Program-made: the position numbers and the translations under genes | Notes under the pieces: model-generated | The model's input: the letters and a program-made list of their open reading frames with translations, nothing else | What the model was told of the DNA's origin: nothing | The model's database searches: none | Shown: one piece after another, positions 1 to 13,450 of the stretch | How the letters are laid out: every line of letters begins with the position of its first letter | How positions within the stretch are numbered: position 1 is the first letter of the stretch | Assembly (NCBI RefSeq): GCF_006345805.1 | Contig: NC_043001.1 | Location: 34,720,001 to 34,784,000, forward strand | From: Octopus sinensis | Lineage: Eukaryota | Length of the DNA: 64,000 nucleotides | Reading direction: 5' to 3'

Positions 1-235
1 TCAGTCTTAATAATTTCATTTTACCTTCTGCGGCTTAGCCTGGTTATTCGCCTGGTACGTAGAATGCAATGGTGCGCAACGTAACAAAATATGACGTATG
101 TTTCGATTTTTATAAAACTGAAATTCACTTTCGATTTCCTCTTTGCTTAAAATTACTGAATAAATGATTTGACGAAATGATGTAAACTAGACCGAATTAA
201 TCCCCTCTTCATCATTTTCTAATTTATTTAGTGTC

Positions 236-440
236 TCTTATTTGTTTCAGTCATTAGACTGCGGCCATGGTGGGGTACCGCCCTGAAGAATCTTTTGTCG
301 AATGGATTAACCCTAGTAATTATTTGTAAACCGAAAAATTACGGGGACGTAAGCACGACAACACCGGTTGCCAAGCGGTGAAGGGGGACATACATAGACA
401 CAAACACACACAAACACATACACACACATACACCCCCACC
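236..440 (-). mobile_element. SINE family B (CORE-like), 3' half
   Basis: Reverse complement of the family B tail (ttgtttcagtcattagactgcggccatg...) shared with the fuller copy at 6273-6660. Confidence 0.7.
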
Positions 441-465
441 CTCACGCATGCAACGGGGTTCTTTC

Positions 466-546
466 ACGACGACCACGACGACCACGACGACCACGACCAC
501 CACCACGACCACGACGACGACGACGACCACCACCACCACCACCACC

Positions 547-595
<49 letters not shown>

Positions 596-596
596 A
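466..596. repeat. Compound trinucleotide microsatellite (GAC/CAC/TAC)
   Basis: Direct reading. It accounts for the poly-V/T/H/D ORFs. Confidence 0.95.
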
Positions 597-649
597 TAAT
601 GCTAATAACAATAATGTATATATATTAGCAATGTAGTTACAGCGAAAAA

Positions 650-1770
650 AATAATGTCTGAGGGCCGTCAGATTTACTCTTGTACGGACATAAAATCTCC
701 CAAAAAAACAAATTGGGAAACAAATATACAGAATAAAATAGAAAAGAGAAGAGAAATATTTGTCAATCTTAGATGAAATCAATGACGAAACGACACAAAT
801 GGTAAAAGAGGAAAGAAATATTAAAAAAATATGACATAACAAAACTCCTTGGAAAAAATAAAGAAGCGAAATCCAAGCGCCTGAAGCAAGAGATCATCGG
901 TGAATTTTGAAGAATCTGGCTTTGCGAAGAGTGGCAATTCTTCGTTCAACAAAAGAAACAGCTTGACTTCAATTCAAAACGTTTTTTCTCAAGAACTTGT
1001 TAATATGAAATAGAAATCAATGTAGTACCAAGAGTAAGCGAAGTAAAAGAAATCTAGGTTGGAATATGGACAGGGAATCATTATAAATGCAATTATTCAA
1101 AGTAAGAATCTTACCATAAGAACATTTCATAAGGAACTAGCCGTATCGCCCGGCGTTGCTCGGGTTTGTAAGGGAAATAACTATATAAGCATTTTTAGAG
1201 ATGTAAAGTATAATAGCCATCTCAATATGGCTAACCACAAAGCGGGGGAGGGGGTGTTACTGTAGCTTTTTACGTTCTGAGATTTAATAATAAATTTTTA
1301 GAGAGTTACTTCCCTTATATATGCCAAAAATGCATTAAAAATGAGAAAAATTGATGGTAATTTTTTAAAATCGTAGACTCATCGTAGACGCGCGCTAATA
1401 CCCAGAAGGGCTCGATATGAATCACGACTATAAGATACCCGGTTTGTGTTAAACTGCACTGCAAAATGTGGGAGTAGTTAGGAATCTAAATCGTAGGAGA
1501 CAGACAGCACACAACCTCACTTTTATATATAAAGATATCTCAGACAATTCAAATCTCAAGTAAATGGAGAAAAACTTGCAAATACGATGCCGCAAACTTC
1601 TGGTCGAAATATAATATTCAGCAGGGAAATATCAGGCACTCTTGGCGAAGAGGAAAATAACACTGACAGAATCACTGGAATACCTAACATAGGGGGAGCC
1701 ATGTAATCCTACTAGTCTTAACAAACAGCTAACACTAAAAATACAAAAACATGTTTTAAGGATCAGTAAA
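650..1770 (+). mobile_element. Highly degraded non-LTR retrotransposon remnant (R4/Dong-like), interrupted by a Helitron
   Basis: Purine-rich broken coding-like sequence. DAANFWSK near 1586 resembles the FWS.IW motif upstream of the RT in R4-clade elements. Confidence 0.3.
1137..1535 (-). mobile_element. Non-autonomous Helitron
   Basis: On the minus strand it starts TC, ends CTAG, sits between A and T without a TSD, and has a subterminal hairpin cccg-agcaacgc-cggg. The 3' end is shared with 63297-63664. Confidence 0.8.
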
Positions 1771-1781
1771 TACATACTGTT

Positions 1782-2083
1782 GTGGAGTCGAAATGGCCCA
1801 GTGGTTAGGGCACCGAACTCGCGGTCGTAGGATTGTGGTTTCGATTCCCAGACAGGGCGTTGTGTGTGTTTATTGAGCGAAAACACCTAAAGCTCCACGA
1901 TGCTCTGGCAGGGGATGGGGTGGCGTCCGCTGTTGTACTCTTTCGCTCCAACTTTCTCTCACTCTCTCTTCCTGTTTCTTGAGTTACGCTGCGATGGGGG
2001 AAACACACTAGCCACAGAAACCGGGACACCGGGCCCATTAGCCTGGCTAGGCTTGGCTTGAAAAGGGCTAGAAAAAAAAACAG
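1782..2083 (+). mobile_element. tRNA-derived SINE family C
   Basis: A-box tggcccagtggttag and B-box-like gtttcgattcc. 10-bp TSD acatactgtt (1772-1781 / 2084-2093). Confidence 0.85.
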
Positions 2084-2500
2084 ACATACTGTTAGGCTAT
2101 TTTGTCTGTACGCTTCGCTACAAAATATAAACTCAGATGTTATTAAGGATAATATATGAAGATATGCATAAATTCGCTCTGGTACAAGAAAGGCTGAAGG
2201 ATGTAGCAAAATCTCATTTGGCTGTCGAGATAAACAGTTAAACCAAGAAAGCTATAACGAAGAAGAAAGAATGGTTTCAGCACTCCATAGACTGAGTAAC
2301 AAAAAGCTTTTATCCGTGACCCTTACACGTGATCATGGGAATTTCGTCACAGGTAAGCACAGATAATATGCAGAGACAGCAAAGATTCCATTCAGATGAA
2401 TAGTCGTTTAGGCTCCAAATCTAGAAAAAATTAGCCCCGTAAGACGCTTTCAACTATCTGTCAGACATCACCTTGATTTTCTCCGGTGGTAAATTGATGG

Positions 2501-2725
2501 CGAGCTGGCAGAAACGTTAGCACGCCGGGCGAAATGCATAGCGGTATTTCGTCTGCGTTACGTTGTGAGTTCAAATTCCGCCGAGGTCGACTTTGCCTTT
2601 CATCCTTTCGGGGTCGATAAATTAAGTACCAGATACGCTCTGGGGTCGATGTAATCGACTTAATACCTATGTCTGTCCTTGTTTGTCCTCTCTGTGTTTA
2701 GCCCCTTGTGAGTAATAAAGAAATA
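2501..2725 (+). mobile_element. tRNA-derived SINE family A, full length
   Basis: Head gagctggcagaaacgttag, B-box gagttcaaattcc, end taaagaaata. TSD ggtaaattgatggc (2488-2501 / 2726-2739). Confidence 0.9.
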
Positions 2726-2949
2726 GGTAAATTGATGGCCTCATTAAATGTACTGACAAACTTAGCATAAGATATCTACAATGTCAGGTACTTCGGTACA
2801 CAGGCCACAAATTCGAGATTTGATGGTTCAACTTAGACAAGACCAATAGGTTAATGATCAAGTTACAGAAAACTAGACAGTCGCGACAGGGAAGATTTCA
2901 GGACCGGGTTAAGGAATTAGACAAGCCACAACTAACAGAAAATATTTCT

Positions 2950-3065
2950 CTTTTACTCTTTTACTTGTTTCAGTCATTTGACTGCGGCCATGCTGGAGCA
3001 CCGCCTTTAGTCGAGCAAATCGCCCCCAAGACTTGTTCTTTGTAAGCCTAGTACTTATTCTATGG
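2950..3065 (-). mobile_element. SINE family B 3' tail
   Basis: cttgtttcagtcatttgactgcggccatgctggagcaccgcc matches the family B tail. Confidence 0.8.
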
Positions 3066-4974
3066 GTCGTGTATATACATGCATAAACATACTCAAATAT
3101 GTGTGTGTGTTCATTGGTAATATATGTAGAAAGAGAAGATTAAAAGTATGTAAATGGACAGAAATATTTCGACCTAGTTAAGATAACAGTTTCGTACGAC
3201 AATGGACTATTGATATTGGCAACATCGGAATTAGATGGAAATTGAAAAAAAAAAAAAAAAAGAGAAAAAGCAAAAGACAAAATGGAGCGAGGAAAAGTGA
3301 GAAACAGATATGTCGGATTCAATTTTATGAGTTACAGTGATTTATGTTTGTTTGAAGCTGGTGCTTTTGACACATTATGAAGACAATTGATGAATACAAG
3401 AGACTTGAAAGCTGGTTCATTGGTCACTGTTTTAAAACAGTTCGATATTAATTGCGAGACTGAAAATTTACTTAACACCAGAAGTTGTTAGGACGAAATA
3501 AGATAGGAGAGAAGCATTGGAGGAGTAGTTTTAGAGGAAAATGTGTTGAAGTGTCAGGCTTAAAAAACAACGAAGAAAGTTATAAAGGAGGTAAAATGAA
3601 CTATTTGGTAGGAAAGATGCTATAAATAAAAGGAAACAAGTGTGTAAAATCTATAGTAGTACAGAAGTAAGTTTGAAGAAGGCATGAAATATAACGCTTA
3701 GCAAATAAGAAAAAAATGCCAGCGTACGAGTCTTGTTGTGGTTGCCTGACATGCTAGAAATAGTAGCCAGGTTTTATCCAAATCACATCACCCTGAAAGC
3801 CAAAAGGCAATTTGGTATAATGTGTTGCTAAATATATCAAATACATCGTGGCTGAACATAAGATTAGAATGTCAAGGCTGGAGATACTTTGATTACAGAT
3901 CTCTTGGATTAGGGTTGACCTAAATCTAATCGACATCAAGAACAACGATAATAGTTAGTAGCAATAAAAGTGATGGGTGCGCCAGATAAAGAAGGAAATA
4001 AAAAAATCGCGCGAGGCAATTTTATTTAATAAGAATTTATTAATAAGAAATGATTTACAATGAAGATATAAAATATATAGATAAGGGTATCAAATTCAAC
4101 ATTGTTTAGTACCTATAGGGCAAATTCTTTGCAAGTTTAATCGCTGAGATGTACATCTACCATCGATTTCATCTCATCTAAATTTCTATTCAGGTTACAA
4201 GTTTTCTAGTCTGGATTTTCCTATTCACCATCGGACCGTTTTGCGTAATTAAAGGTGAAGGCCAACCGTCTATTCTCAGAGTATTACCACCCATTCCCGA
4301 GTACACTTTGTTAAGTAGATGACGTTTAGTACCATGATTAGATGATTAAATGGTTTAAACGCGTGTATGCAGTATGCAGTAGGCTAGGTAGAAGCGTCGA
4401 ACGCATTAGTTGACTGTTAGTATTTTCCTGTTCAGTTTATACTCAAATCAACGTTGACGACGTGTACAAGGCTATATAAGACGATATTCATGTGTCACAA
4501 TTTTATTGACAGTAGCCGATTTAGTAGGCCTTATACTTCAAGGACTTTTAATGCGACAGCAAACAAGAAAGAAGTTTTATTTAGTTGCATTCCAAGGTCA
4601 TTAGTTCAGAAAATAAACTGAAATGAATTCAGCGACAATTGCATCTGAACTGGAGGTTCGTTTCTGGGGAGATTACCATCATACGACAACACAAGTAAAA
4701 AAAAAAGAAAGCAAAGAATAATAATAATAATAAAATAAATAAAAGTATTTAAGTTAATACATCATACTATTCATTATTGCTAGCAACTGATAATGAAATA
4801 TTTCAAATTCCAGACCAGCCCTTTAGTACGAATGACTACGAATGACTAGAATTGCTTTATGTGGCAAATACCAATATGATCTCAGCAACTAAAAGAACAA
4901 ATGAAGAAGTATTGAGGGAAAGTGAGAGAGAGGAAGAGGAGAGAGAGTGAAAGGAAGAAAGGGGATTATGATGT

Positions 4975-4994
4975 TGGTGATGATGATGATGAGG

Positions 4995-5076
<82 letters not shown>

Positions 5077-5147
5077 GATAAATAATAATGATAATAATGA
5101 TAATAATAACAATAATAATAATGATAATAATGATAATGATAATAATG

Positions 5148-5202
<55 letters not shown>

Positions 5203-5205
5203 CAA
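4975..5205. repeat. (AAT)n / (GAT)n microsatellite
   Basis: Direct reading. It accounts for the poly-I/N/L ORFs. Confidence 0.95.
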
Positions 5206-6272
5206 TAGCAATAAAGGAGAGTATGAAAATCAATATTAATTCATTCCTGATCCAATACTATTTACTTTCTTTGAGGAACAGTTGCGAGAGAGAGAGCTGA
5301 AACGGAAGAAAGTCTTAAATATAAGAATGAAGTTAGAATGAGAGGGATTAAATTATTCTGCTGGCGATAACAAAAATACAAGGAATAGCACGAGAGAGAA
5401 ATTCCAATAGGGAGTGATGAAGAAGAAAAATGAGTTTAGTAATTTAGAATTTATTTAATATTTTAATCCTGTTTATAAACATTAGTTTTATAGTTACTTC
5501 GTTTAATAAAAAATGTATTTAAAATATTATTTCGATCATGAATCACAAGAATCTATAGTTGTAATACGGATCACAAGAGTCCAGAACTTAAATTCCAGGT
5601 GAGAAAAAAATATTTGCCTGAAAAATGAAATTTGTTTGCCATATTTCTTCCCTACAATCTTTGGTAAGTATTCTTCCTGGTAAAACAGTGTAATTTCCTT
5701 CATTTTGCTTTAAACCTGAAAAAGAGTGACTTTACATATTATATTCGTAGGCAGTCTAAGATATTTATTATTATGATTAATTAAACCCAGTCTGCAATTA
5801 TCTCACCGATCTATAGCTGTTTTCCAGCCATGAATATCACGATATTTTACTACATTCAATATAAATAAAAAGTGTGTAAGGTATTCTAAAATAATTTGAT
5901 CGGAAACACTTAAGTTTAATAGCGAGTGTTGTTACTCCTCCTAATACTACTACTGGTACCATTCTCATTACTGTTACTAAGACTGCCATCAAAACCACTT
6001 CCATGACCTCAACCTAACCATCCTTGCCCTACCTGTAGCAATCATAGTTACAAACACAACGCCCACATCTACTACCATCAACGTTACCATCGCTGTCACC
6101 ATCACCACCAACCACCACCATCACCACAACCAGTTCGAAAATCCCCAGCCCCGTTATAATCAGTCGCATACCGACCATCATGTCTTCTCCAATTACCAAT
6201 CGCCATTCCATGATGTACTTGCAAAAAGGATTTTCTAAACAAAATATCATGAGATATTTTGTTCAGAAAATA

Positions 6273-6660
6273 GGCGCAGGAGTGGCTGTGTGGTAAGTAG
6301 GTTGCTTACCAACCACATGGTTCCTTGGGCAAGTATCTTCTACTATAGCTTCAGACCGACCAAAGCCTTGTGAGTGGATTTGGTAGACGGAAACTGAAAG
6401 AAGCCCGTCCTATATATGTATATATATATATATTGTGTGTGTGTGTGTGTTATGTGTTTGTGTTTTTCTCCCAACATCGCTTGACAACCGATGGTGGTGT
6501 GTTTGCGTCCCCGTAACTTAGCAGTTCGGCAAAAGAGACCGATAGAATAAGTACTAGGCTTACAAAGAATAAGTCCTGGGGTTGATTTGCTCGACTAAAG
6601 GCGGTGCTCCAGCATGGTCACAGTCATATGGCTAAAACAAGTAAAAGAATAAAAGAAAGA
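6273..6660 (+). mobile_element. SINE family B (CORE-like, OR2-type), near full length
   Basis: tRNA-like head ggcgcaggagtggctgtgtggtaag, CORE-like ccttgggcaagtatcttctactatagc, internal (AT)/(GT) tract, tail ggcggtgctccagcatgg...aacaagtaaaagaa. The OR2 name is from recollection of octopus SINE families. Confidence 0.85.
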
Positions 6661-6849
6661 AACAAGAAAGATCGATGTGTTAACAAAATGTCATCAGACA
6701 CAAGTGTTTTAAACTGATTCAGCAATTATGTATCGGCAATGAAATTACATTATACAATGGGTTTTAAGAGGTACGAAGTGGTTCCATCTCTATAGCAGTA
6801 TGGGATGTTATAAATAATGATTCAATTAGAAATTTAACGAAAAAGTATA

Positions 6850-7500
6850 TCGAGTATCTTAAGTGATACTTGAGTAGAACTCACAAAAAAATGTAGGTGG
6901 ATGGGAATGCTACCCATAGCCATGGGGATGATTTTGGGAAGAGATTTGCTATTTAAGAGATGAAAAACAAGCAGAACCAATGAGTAGGAAAGGATGTCGG
7001 AATTCCTCAGGCGTGACACGAATGAATTTCTTTTCTTTTGCTTTTCTAGTTAGAAATTTGTTTGAGTGTGTGTGGAGAGGAAATAGCGAGGGAGGAAAAG
7101 GGAGAGTACAAAAAACAGAGATGGAAAAAGAGAAGGAGGGGAGAGAGGGGGAGGGAGAAGTTGATCTCTCTTAAGTCTGTCTCTAAAGAAGCGGTAATTC
7201 TGATTAGGGAGGAGAGAAAGAGACTGAAGGTGATATAAAAAGTTGTAATTTTCGATTATTTCCATTACTTTTCGTAAGCGAGAAGTGAAGGCCATATTAT
7301 AGCAGGGTTCAGAAAAATTTCCACTTCAAAGAATAGCATCACATGATTCCAACTGTAAAGGTACATAATAAATGGCAAACCGTCTGGACTGAGCAACGTG
7401 GTGGTGTAAAATAATAATAGAAATGTGTGAGTATGTAATGACGTAAATGAAGATTATAACAGGATATCGGAGAATTTTGTCCAGAGAGGGAATGGAATCA
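6850..7500 (-). mobile_element. Degraded LINE reverse transcriptase (L2/CR1/Jockey group)
   Basis: Minus ORF 7050-7295 reads AFTSRLRKVMEIIENYNFLYHLQSLSLLPNQNYRF, like ALTS..KVME...HLE...L...QYGFR. SPDGLP lies upstream. Confidence 0.55.
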
Positions 7501-7723
7501 AAACATCTGAAAAAATATTGCTTATAGAGCCGGCCTACCTATGAATTTTCAAGTAGAATTGCACAAGAGAAATAAAAATCGAATTCATAATGGAGACGAA
7601 AGCCGACAGCTTTAAGAATGTGAAATAACTTGAAAAATAGTGCAATGAACGAAGATAGCCATTGTTTATGAATGGTTGTCCTATATCAGTTAAAGTCGCA
7701 AGTTACGATGGTAAGTGAATATC

Positions 7724-7954
7724 TATTTCTTTACTGCCCACAAGGGGCTAAACACAGAGAGGACAAACAAGGACAGACAAACGGATTAAGCCGATTTTAT
7801 CGACCCCAGTGCGTAACTGGTACTTATTTAATCGACCCCAAAAGGATGAAAGGCAAAGTCGACCTCGGCGGAATTTGAAGTCAGAACGTAAATGCAGACG
7901 AAATACGGCTACGCATTTCGCCTGGCGTGTTAAGGTTTCTGCCAGCTCGCCGCC
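7724..7954 (-). mobile_element. SINE family A, full length
   Basis: Reverse complement of the family A consensus. 21-bp TSD ttacgatggtaagtgaatatc (7703-7723 / 7958-7978). Confidence 0.9.
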
Positions 7955-8616
7955 TATTTACGATGGTAAGTGAATATCATGAAGCGAATATCATGAAAGC
8001 CGTCTGCGTTAAGAAGGGGAGATAACTTTAAAAGAAGTGTAATGCAATGGTCCTCCTACATCAGTTACGATGGTAAGTGGACGTTACCACGTAGAAATTG
8101 TCTAAATTCCTACAGTTGCTGTAAGCATGTTTTCATCAATTTTTACAAATGTAGATATACATGAGAACACCTTGATGGTGTTTCATTATATTTTGATTTA
8201 GTAAAAGATGGAAACGCTTGAAGCTAAGTGTAATAAGTAGATGTTCACTGAATGCCGAAATTTTGTTTATTTGAAAAAAGAAGGGCTGCGGGAGCGAAAT
8301 TTAATCCTTAGAGATAGCTGCCAAACTTTCCTCAAATAACAGGAAAGACACATTAGATAAGTGATTCAAAAATTTGGAGTAGTTACAGCTGGAACGGCTT
8401 TGATCATAGGTCTGCTCTATCAGGCTGACAGACATCTGTATTTGATAAGATTATCCAAACGAAAAATTTTGGACGGTGACCATTAAAGGTAATTAGTGGA
8501 CCAAGAGATACACTAAGAAATGTAGTTCTGATTCCCATTGATAACTACCGTCGATAGTTAAGGTTTGATTCATTTCTATTCTTACTAACCGCCACCTTTA
8601 GGGTACACACACGCAT

Positions 8617-8992
8617 AGTGGAGGCGCAATGGCCCAGTGGTTCGGGCAGCGGACTCGCGGTTTCGATTCCCAGACCGGGCGTTGTGAGTGTTTACTGAGC
8701 GAAAACACCTAAAGCTCCACGAGGCTCCGGCAGGGGATGGTGGTGATCCCTGCTGTACTCTTTCACCACAACTTTCTCTCACTCTTACTTCCTGTTTCTG
8801 TTGTACTTGTATTTCAAAGAGCCGGCCTTGTCACTCTCTGTGTCACGCTGAATATCCCCGAGAACTACGTTAAGGGTACACGTGTCTGTGGAGTGCTCAG
8901 CCACTTACACGTTAATTTCACGAGCAGGCTGTTCCGTTGATTCGGATCAACTGGAACCCTCGTCGTCGAAACCGACGGAGTGCTTCCATCCA
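8617..8992 (+). mobile_element. SINE family C with long alternative tail
   Basis: Same head and body as 1782-2083 but a different 3' half ending ccgacggagtgcttcc. TSD cacacacgcat (8606-8616 / 8993-9003). Confidence 0.85.
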
Positions 8993-9204
8993 CACACACG
9001 CATGCACACGTTTATCTTTACAGCAGAAACGTTACTCAAATAGGGAATACATTTATTGGGAATCAGTTATGACTCATTCTATTGATACAAACTGTTATAT
9101 GTACTATAAGATTATGCAATGCAGTTCTATATTTAAGAGATGAGGAATTATGTACATTATTTACGTTATTTACATTTGACGTATATGTAATGTTTGGTAA
9201 ATTG

Positions 9205-9545
9205 TTAAAGCTGCGTGGCAAGTATCTTCTACTATAGCCATGGGCCGACCAAAGCCTTGTGAGTGGATTTGGTAGACGGAAACTGAAAGAAGCCGTCTAC
9301 CATCTATATACAATATGTATATATATATATGTGTGTGTTTGTGTGTTTGTGTTTGCCCCCCCCCCCCAACATCGCTTGACAACCGATGCTGGTGTGTTTA
9401 CCTCTTCATAACTTAGTGGCTCGGCAAAAGAGACCGATAGAATAAGTACTAGGCTTACAAAGAATAAGTCCTGAAGTCTATTTGCTCGACTAAAGGCGGT
9501 GCTCCAGCATGGCCACAGTCACATGACTGAAACAATTAAAATAGT
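9205..9545 (+). mobile_element. SINE family B, 5'-degraded
   Basis: Colinear with 6273-6660 from the CORE-like region to the tail. Confidence 0.85.
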
Positions 9546-9879
9546 AAAAGACTCCCACGTGACTTATGATGGACTAATCGATTACAATAAATAAGAATTG
9601 AGTGAACTGTCAAGGGGATAGTTGACGCTATTAGTGCGACCGCGCTGGTTTACCGTTTTAGCTCGACATGTGTTGGTTTAACAGTCGGTAGTTGAACAGC
9701 GAATATTGAGTATCCTATCTACGCTAGAGTAGTACGGAGTTCGTTCTGTGTTGACATATATTTCTGCGATAGTTTATTTTTAGATAACCGCAACTAACTA
9801 TTTATTTGTGTAATACCATTTTACACCAGACTTTTCTACACGTGTCATAACAGTCAATGAGTTTACCCAAAGAATTGTA

Positions 9880-10470
9880 ACAAAGATGCAGAGTTTAGAC
9901 TTCAATTAATTTGACATTTTAAACTTTCATAAGTCTATGAATAAATCATTTCTGGAAGTCCTGAATTTCGCAAGAAAACACGCCATAATTATTGAAAAGG
10001 CTGATAATAAATATTTGAGACACACAAATATATCATAGCGATTCCTACTGGATCAAAAATGAAAGTAGCTTTTCGTTGAACTCATCCACGACTAGCTATG
10101 ATGGTACTGATGCAAACGACAACGTAAAATTACTAATCTTAAACAACTCCAAAACACCTTCCCAAACGAGAAGCGCTTAGCAATCACATGCAGTATTATT
10201 AACCACGACTTGTACAGAAAGCGAGAAGAATATTTTCACTGCCATATTCGAGGTGTTTGATATAAATGTAAAAGTTAGCAATAATTTACCTATAACCAAA
10301 TTCCTAGATGTAACTCTAGACATCAACACAGATAAACAGCATTACTAGAGAAAGCCAAAGTAGAAAACTATCTACATAGATAAAATTTGCAAACATCTTC
10401 GATAATAAAGAACCTTTCAACTACAAATATGGAAGCACTTCTTAACAATACTTGGACAGGGACATCTTCA
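9880..10470 (+). mobile_element. Degraded Penelope-like element reverse transcriptase
   Basis: Broken frames give TSYDGTD..NVKLLIL (cf. MGSYDGAE.CELVGL.IL), RKREEYFH/IFEVFDINVKV and FLDVTLDINTDKQHY*RKP (cf. FLDVTL.L....Y.PYRKP). These are PLE RT motifs. Confidence 0.65.
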
Positions 10471-11262
10471 GCATGTGTATACATGTAAATATATATTTCT
10501 ATAAATTACGATTTAAAAGCAGCTCTGGTAATGTAAACATTATCGGTAGCACATACACTATGTATGTGTAAACGATAATGTTTATATATTTCTTCATAAA
10601 TTTCTACGAAAATAGATACCAGTGTTTACATACATCCATATATTTGCATATAAGCACACTTGTATATATATGCGTGTTTCATGTATATTTGTGAATATAT
10701 GATTGTATGTGCATGCTTGTCGTTGAGTGTTATCATGTATATACGCATGTGTGTATGTATGTGTGTAGATGTCTATATATGTATATACGCATGTGTGTGT
10801 CTATATGTATTGTCTGATATTGGTTTCAAATGTCGGTGAGAGACTGGTAAGCTCGGGAGGATGGTGTAAGCCGATTACATCGACTTCAGTGGTCAACTAG
10901 TACTTACTATATCGATCCCGCAAGGACGAACAGCAAAGTTGATATCGGGGGAATTAGACCTCAGAACGTTGCCAGCTCTCCACTTTCTATTGTTTAATAT
11001 TTGTACCATATTTAACAATCCCTACATTCAATCTAAAACCCTACTTTAACTAACGTATCTACGTATTCAAAGTAACATATACACCCCAACACCAAACTCG
11101 CACCTCCATTTCCCAATTAAGAAGTAGATCTTCCCCATCAAAACGCTAAGCAAAACGATTCATTGCCGCCAGAAGACTTCAACACTAACTTCCTCTCGTA
11201 AAGCAGGAATTTCTTCTTTCTTGCGAGAAGACCTCATTTCTCATCAGTATGATTTGAAGTTA

Positions 11263-11460
11263 AGGTGGCAAGCTGGCAGAGTCAGTAACACGCCCAGCAA
11301 AATTCTTAGCGGCATTTCGTTCATATATACATTCTGTCTTCAAATTCCGCCGAGGTCGACTTAGCCTATTATCCTTTCGCTGTCACTAAAATAAGTATCA
11401 GTTGATCACTGGGTTCGATGTAATTGACTAAACCTACCTATGAAATTATTGACCTGGTGT
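11263..11460 (+). mobile_element. SINE family A, diverged
   Basis: ggtggcaagctggcagagtc...caaattccgccgaggtcgac. Confidence 0.7.
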
Positions 11461-11569
11461 CAAAATTTTAAAACATAGATTGAAGCTCACAAAATATACA
11501 TTCTGTTTGAAAATCCCTTGAAGAAATTACTGGCTACCGAGATATATTAAACTGAAATAATATTGGTGT

Positions 11570-11994
11570 CACATTTTGGCACACGTTCAGCATTTTGGAG
11601 GAAGAGAATAAATCGATTACATCGATCCCAGTGCTCAGCTGGTATTTATTTTTATAGACCCCGGAGGGATGAAAGGCAAAGCCTGCCGCCGCGGAATTTG
11701 AACTTAGAATGTAAAGACGGACGAAATGCTGTTAACTATTTCGCTCGAGATGGTAACCTTTCTTAATTCTTTACTGCCCACATGGGGCGAAACACAGACA
11801 GGACAAACAAGGACAGACAAAGAGATTAAGTCGATTACATCGACCCCAGTGAGTAACTAGTACTTAATTTATCGACCCCGAATAGATGAAAAGCAAAGTA
11901 ATCCTCAGCCGATTTTGAACTCAGAACGTAAAGACAGACGAAATACCGCAAAGCATTTCGCCCAGCGTACCAACGTTTCTGCTCGCTCACCGCC
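11570..11994 (-). mobile_element. Two tandem family A SINEs (about 11570-11760 diverged; 11765-11994 full length)
   Basis: Two consecutive reverse-complement matches to the family A consensus. Confidence 0.8.
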
Positions 11995-12177
11995 TTAACT
12001 TCTGAAATAAACATTACTCTGTATAAAGTAATGAGTTCGCTTTATTCTTAGAGATATTCGTATATAGAACTAAAATCCTGTGTCATCTATCCACAAATAA
12101 ATCGCGCACGCACACACACTCACAAATGTAAATATATGCACATTAGATTATTTGTGTATATTAGGGGAGATTGATAT

Positions 12178-12208
<31 letters not shown>

Positions 12209-12329
12209 ATATTATGTATGAATTCAAAAATTTGCATGTACAAGCATACCAAAGCATCTCTCGCACTCTGCATATTTAGCTATCAATTTACCATCCTCTC
12301 CCTTTCAATATATATGCATATATGTACAT

Positions 12330-12424
12330 ATTCAACTATTCCATCATATATATATATATATATACCTACATATATACCTACATATATACATATATATATG
12401 TCTATATGTATATGTACACAACAC

Positions 12425-12501
<77 letters not shown>

Positions 12502-12513
12502 TTTACCTACACA

Positions 12514-12549
<36 letters not shown>

Positions 12550-12560
12550 AATATATACAT
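12330..12560. repeat. (AT)n/(AC)n compound microsatellite
   Basis: Direct reading. Confidence 0.95.
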
Positions 12561-13133
12561 ATATCACTGCGCATGACTGGAATACCCAAGAAACAAGTAA
12601 ATGAGACGTAATTATATCAAAGCAGTTAATATGGAAGATGTGTAAAGCCATAATTTACTCTTCCCTATGTAAATGATAGCTATTTTGAAACACTTAATAA
12701 ATTGAATAAAATAGATTAGTTGATGCGTAACGAATCTGAAGCACTTGCCATAATTATGGAACACAGCGATAAAGTTCTCTGTAGGCAAATTGCATTATTG
12801 GAAAAGTAGAAATCTTAACCAAGCATATCTCTATATTTACGTTCTGGAATGAAGAATTTTTGGTCTTGGAAATTTACTGTTAGAATGTTAAATTTCGTGT
12901 GATGTAGTGTTTACGTGTTGACGTGATCATCGTTTGTTTGTGTGCATGTGCGATAAATTTGGAGCGCGTGTTATTTCCTATCGTGCCTACGTTCAAGGAT
13001 CACACACGTACACAGATGCGTACACATACGTATAGAGTATATGAAAAGAGAGCTACAGTTCTTTATCATCATAATCTATACCATGCCATAAATGTATATG
13101 TATGTAAACAACATCTATCCATCCCATCCCTCC

Positions 13134-13310
<177 letters not shown>

Positions 13311-13414
13311 GATACACCTACATATACCTATGTATATGTGCATATATATATATGTATTTATGTATGCTTGCTTAGTAATATGTGTAAATATTCATACAAC
13401 TGTATATTTACTCG

Positions 13415-13450
<36 letters not shown>

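Noticed and set aside
3140-3960. RTE-like LINE remnant
   Set aside because: Too degraded to recover a diagnostic motif by eye.
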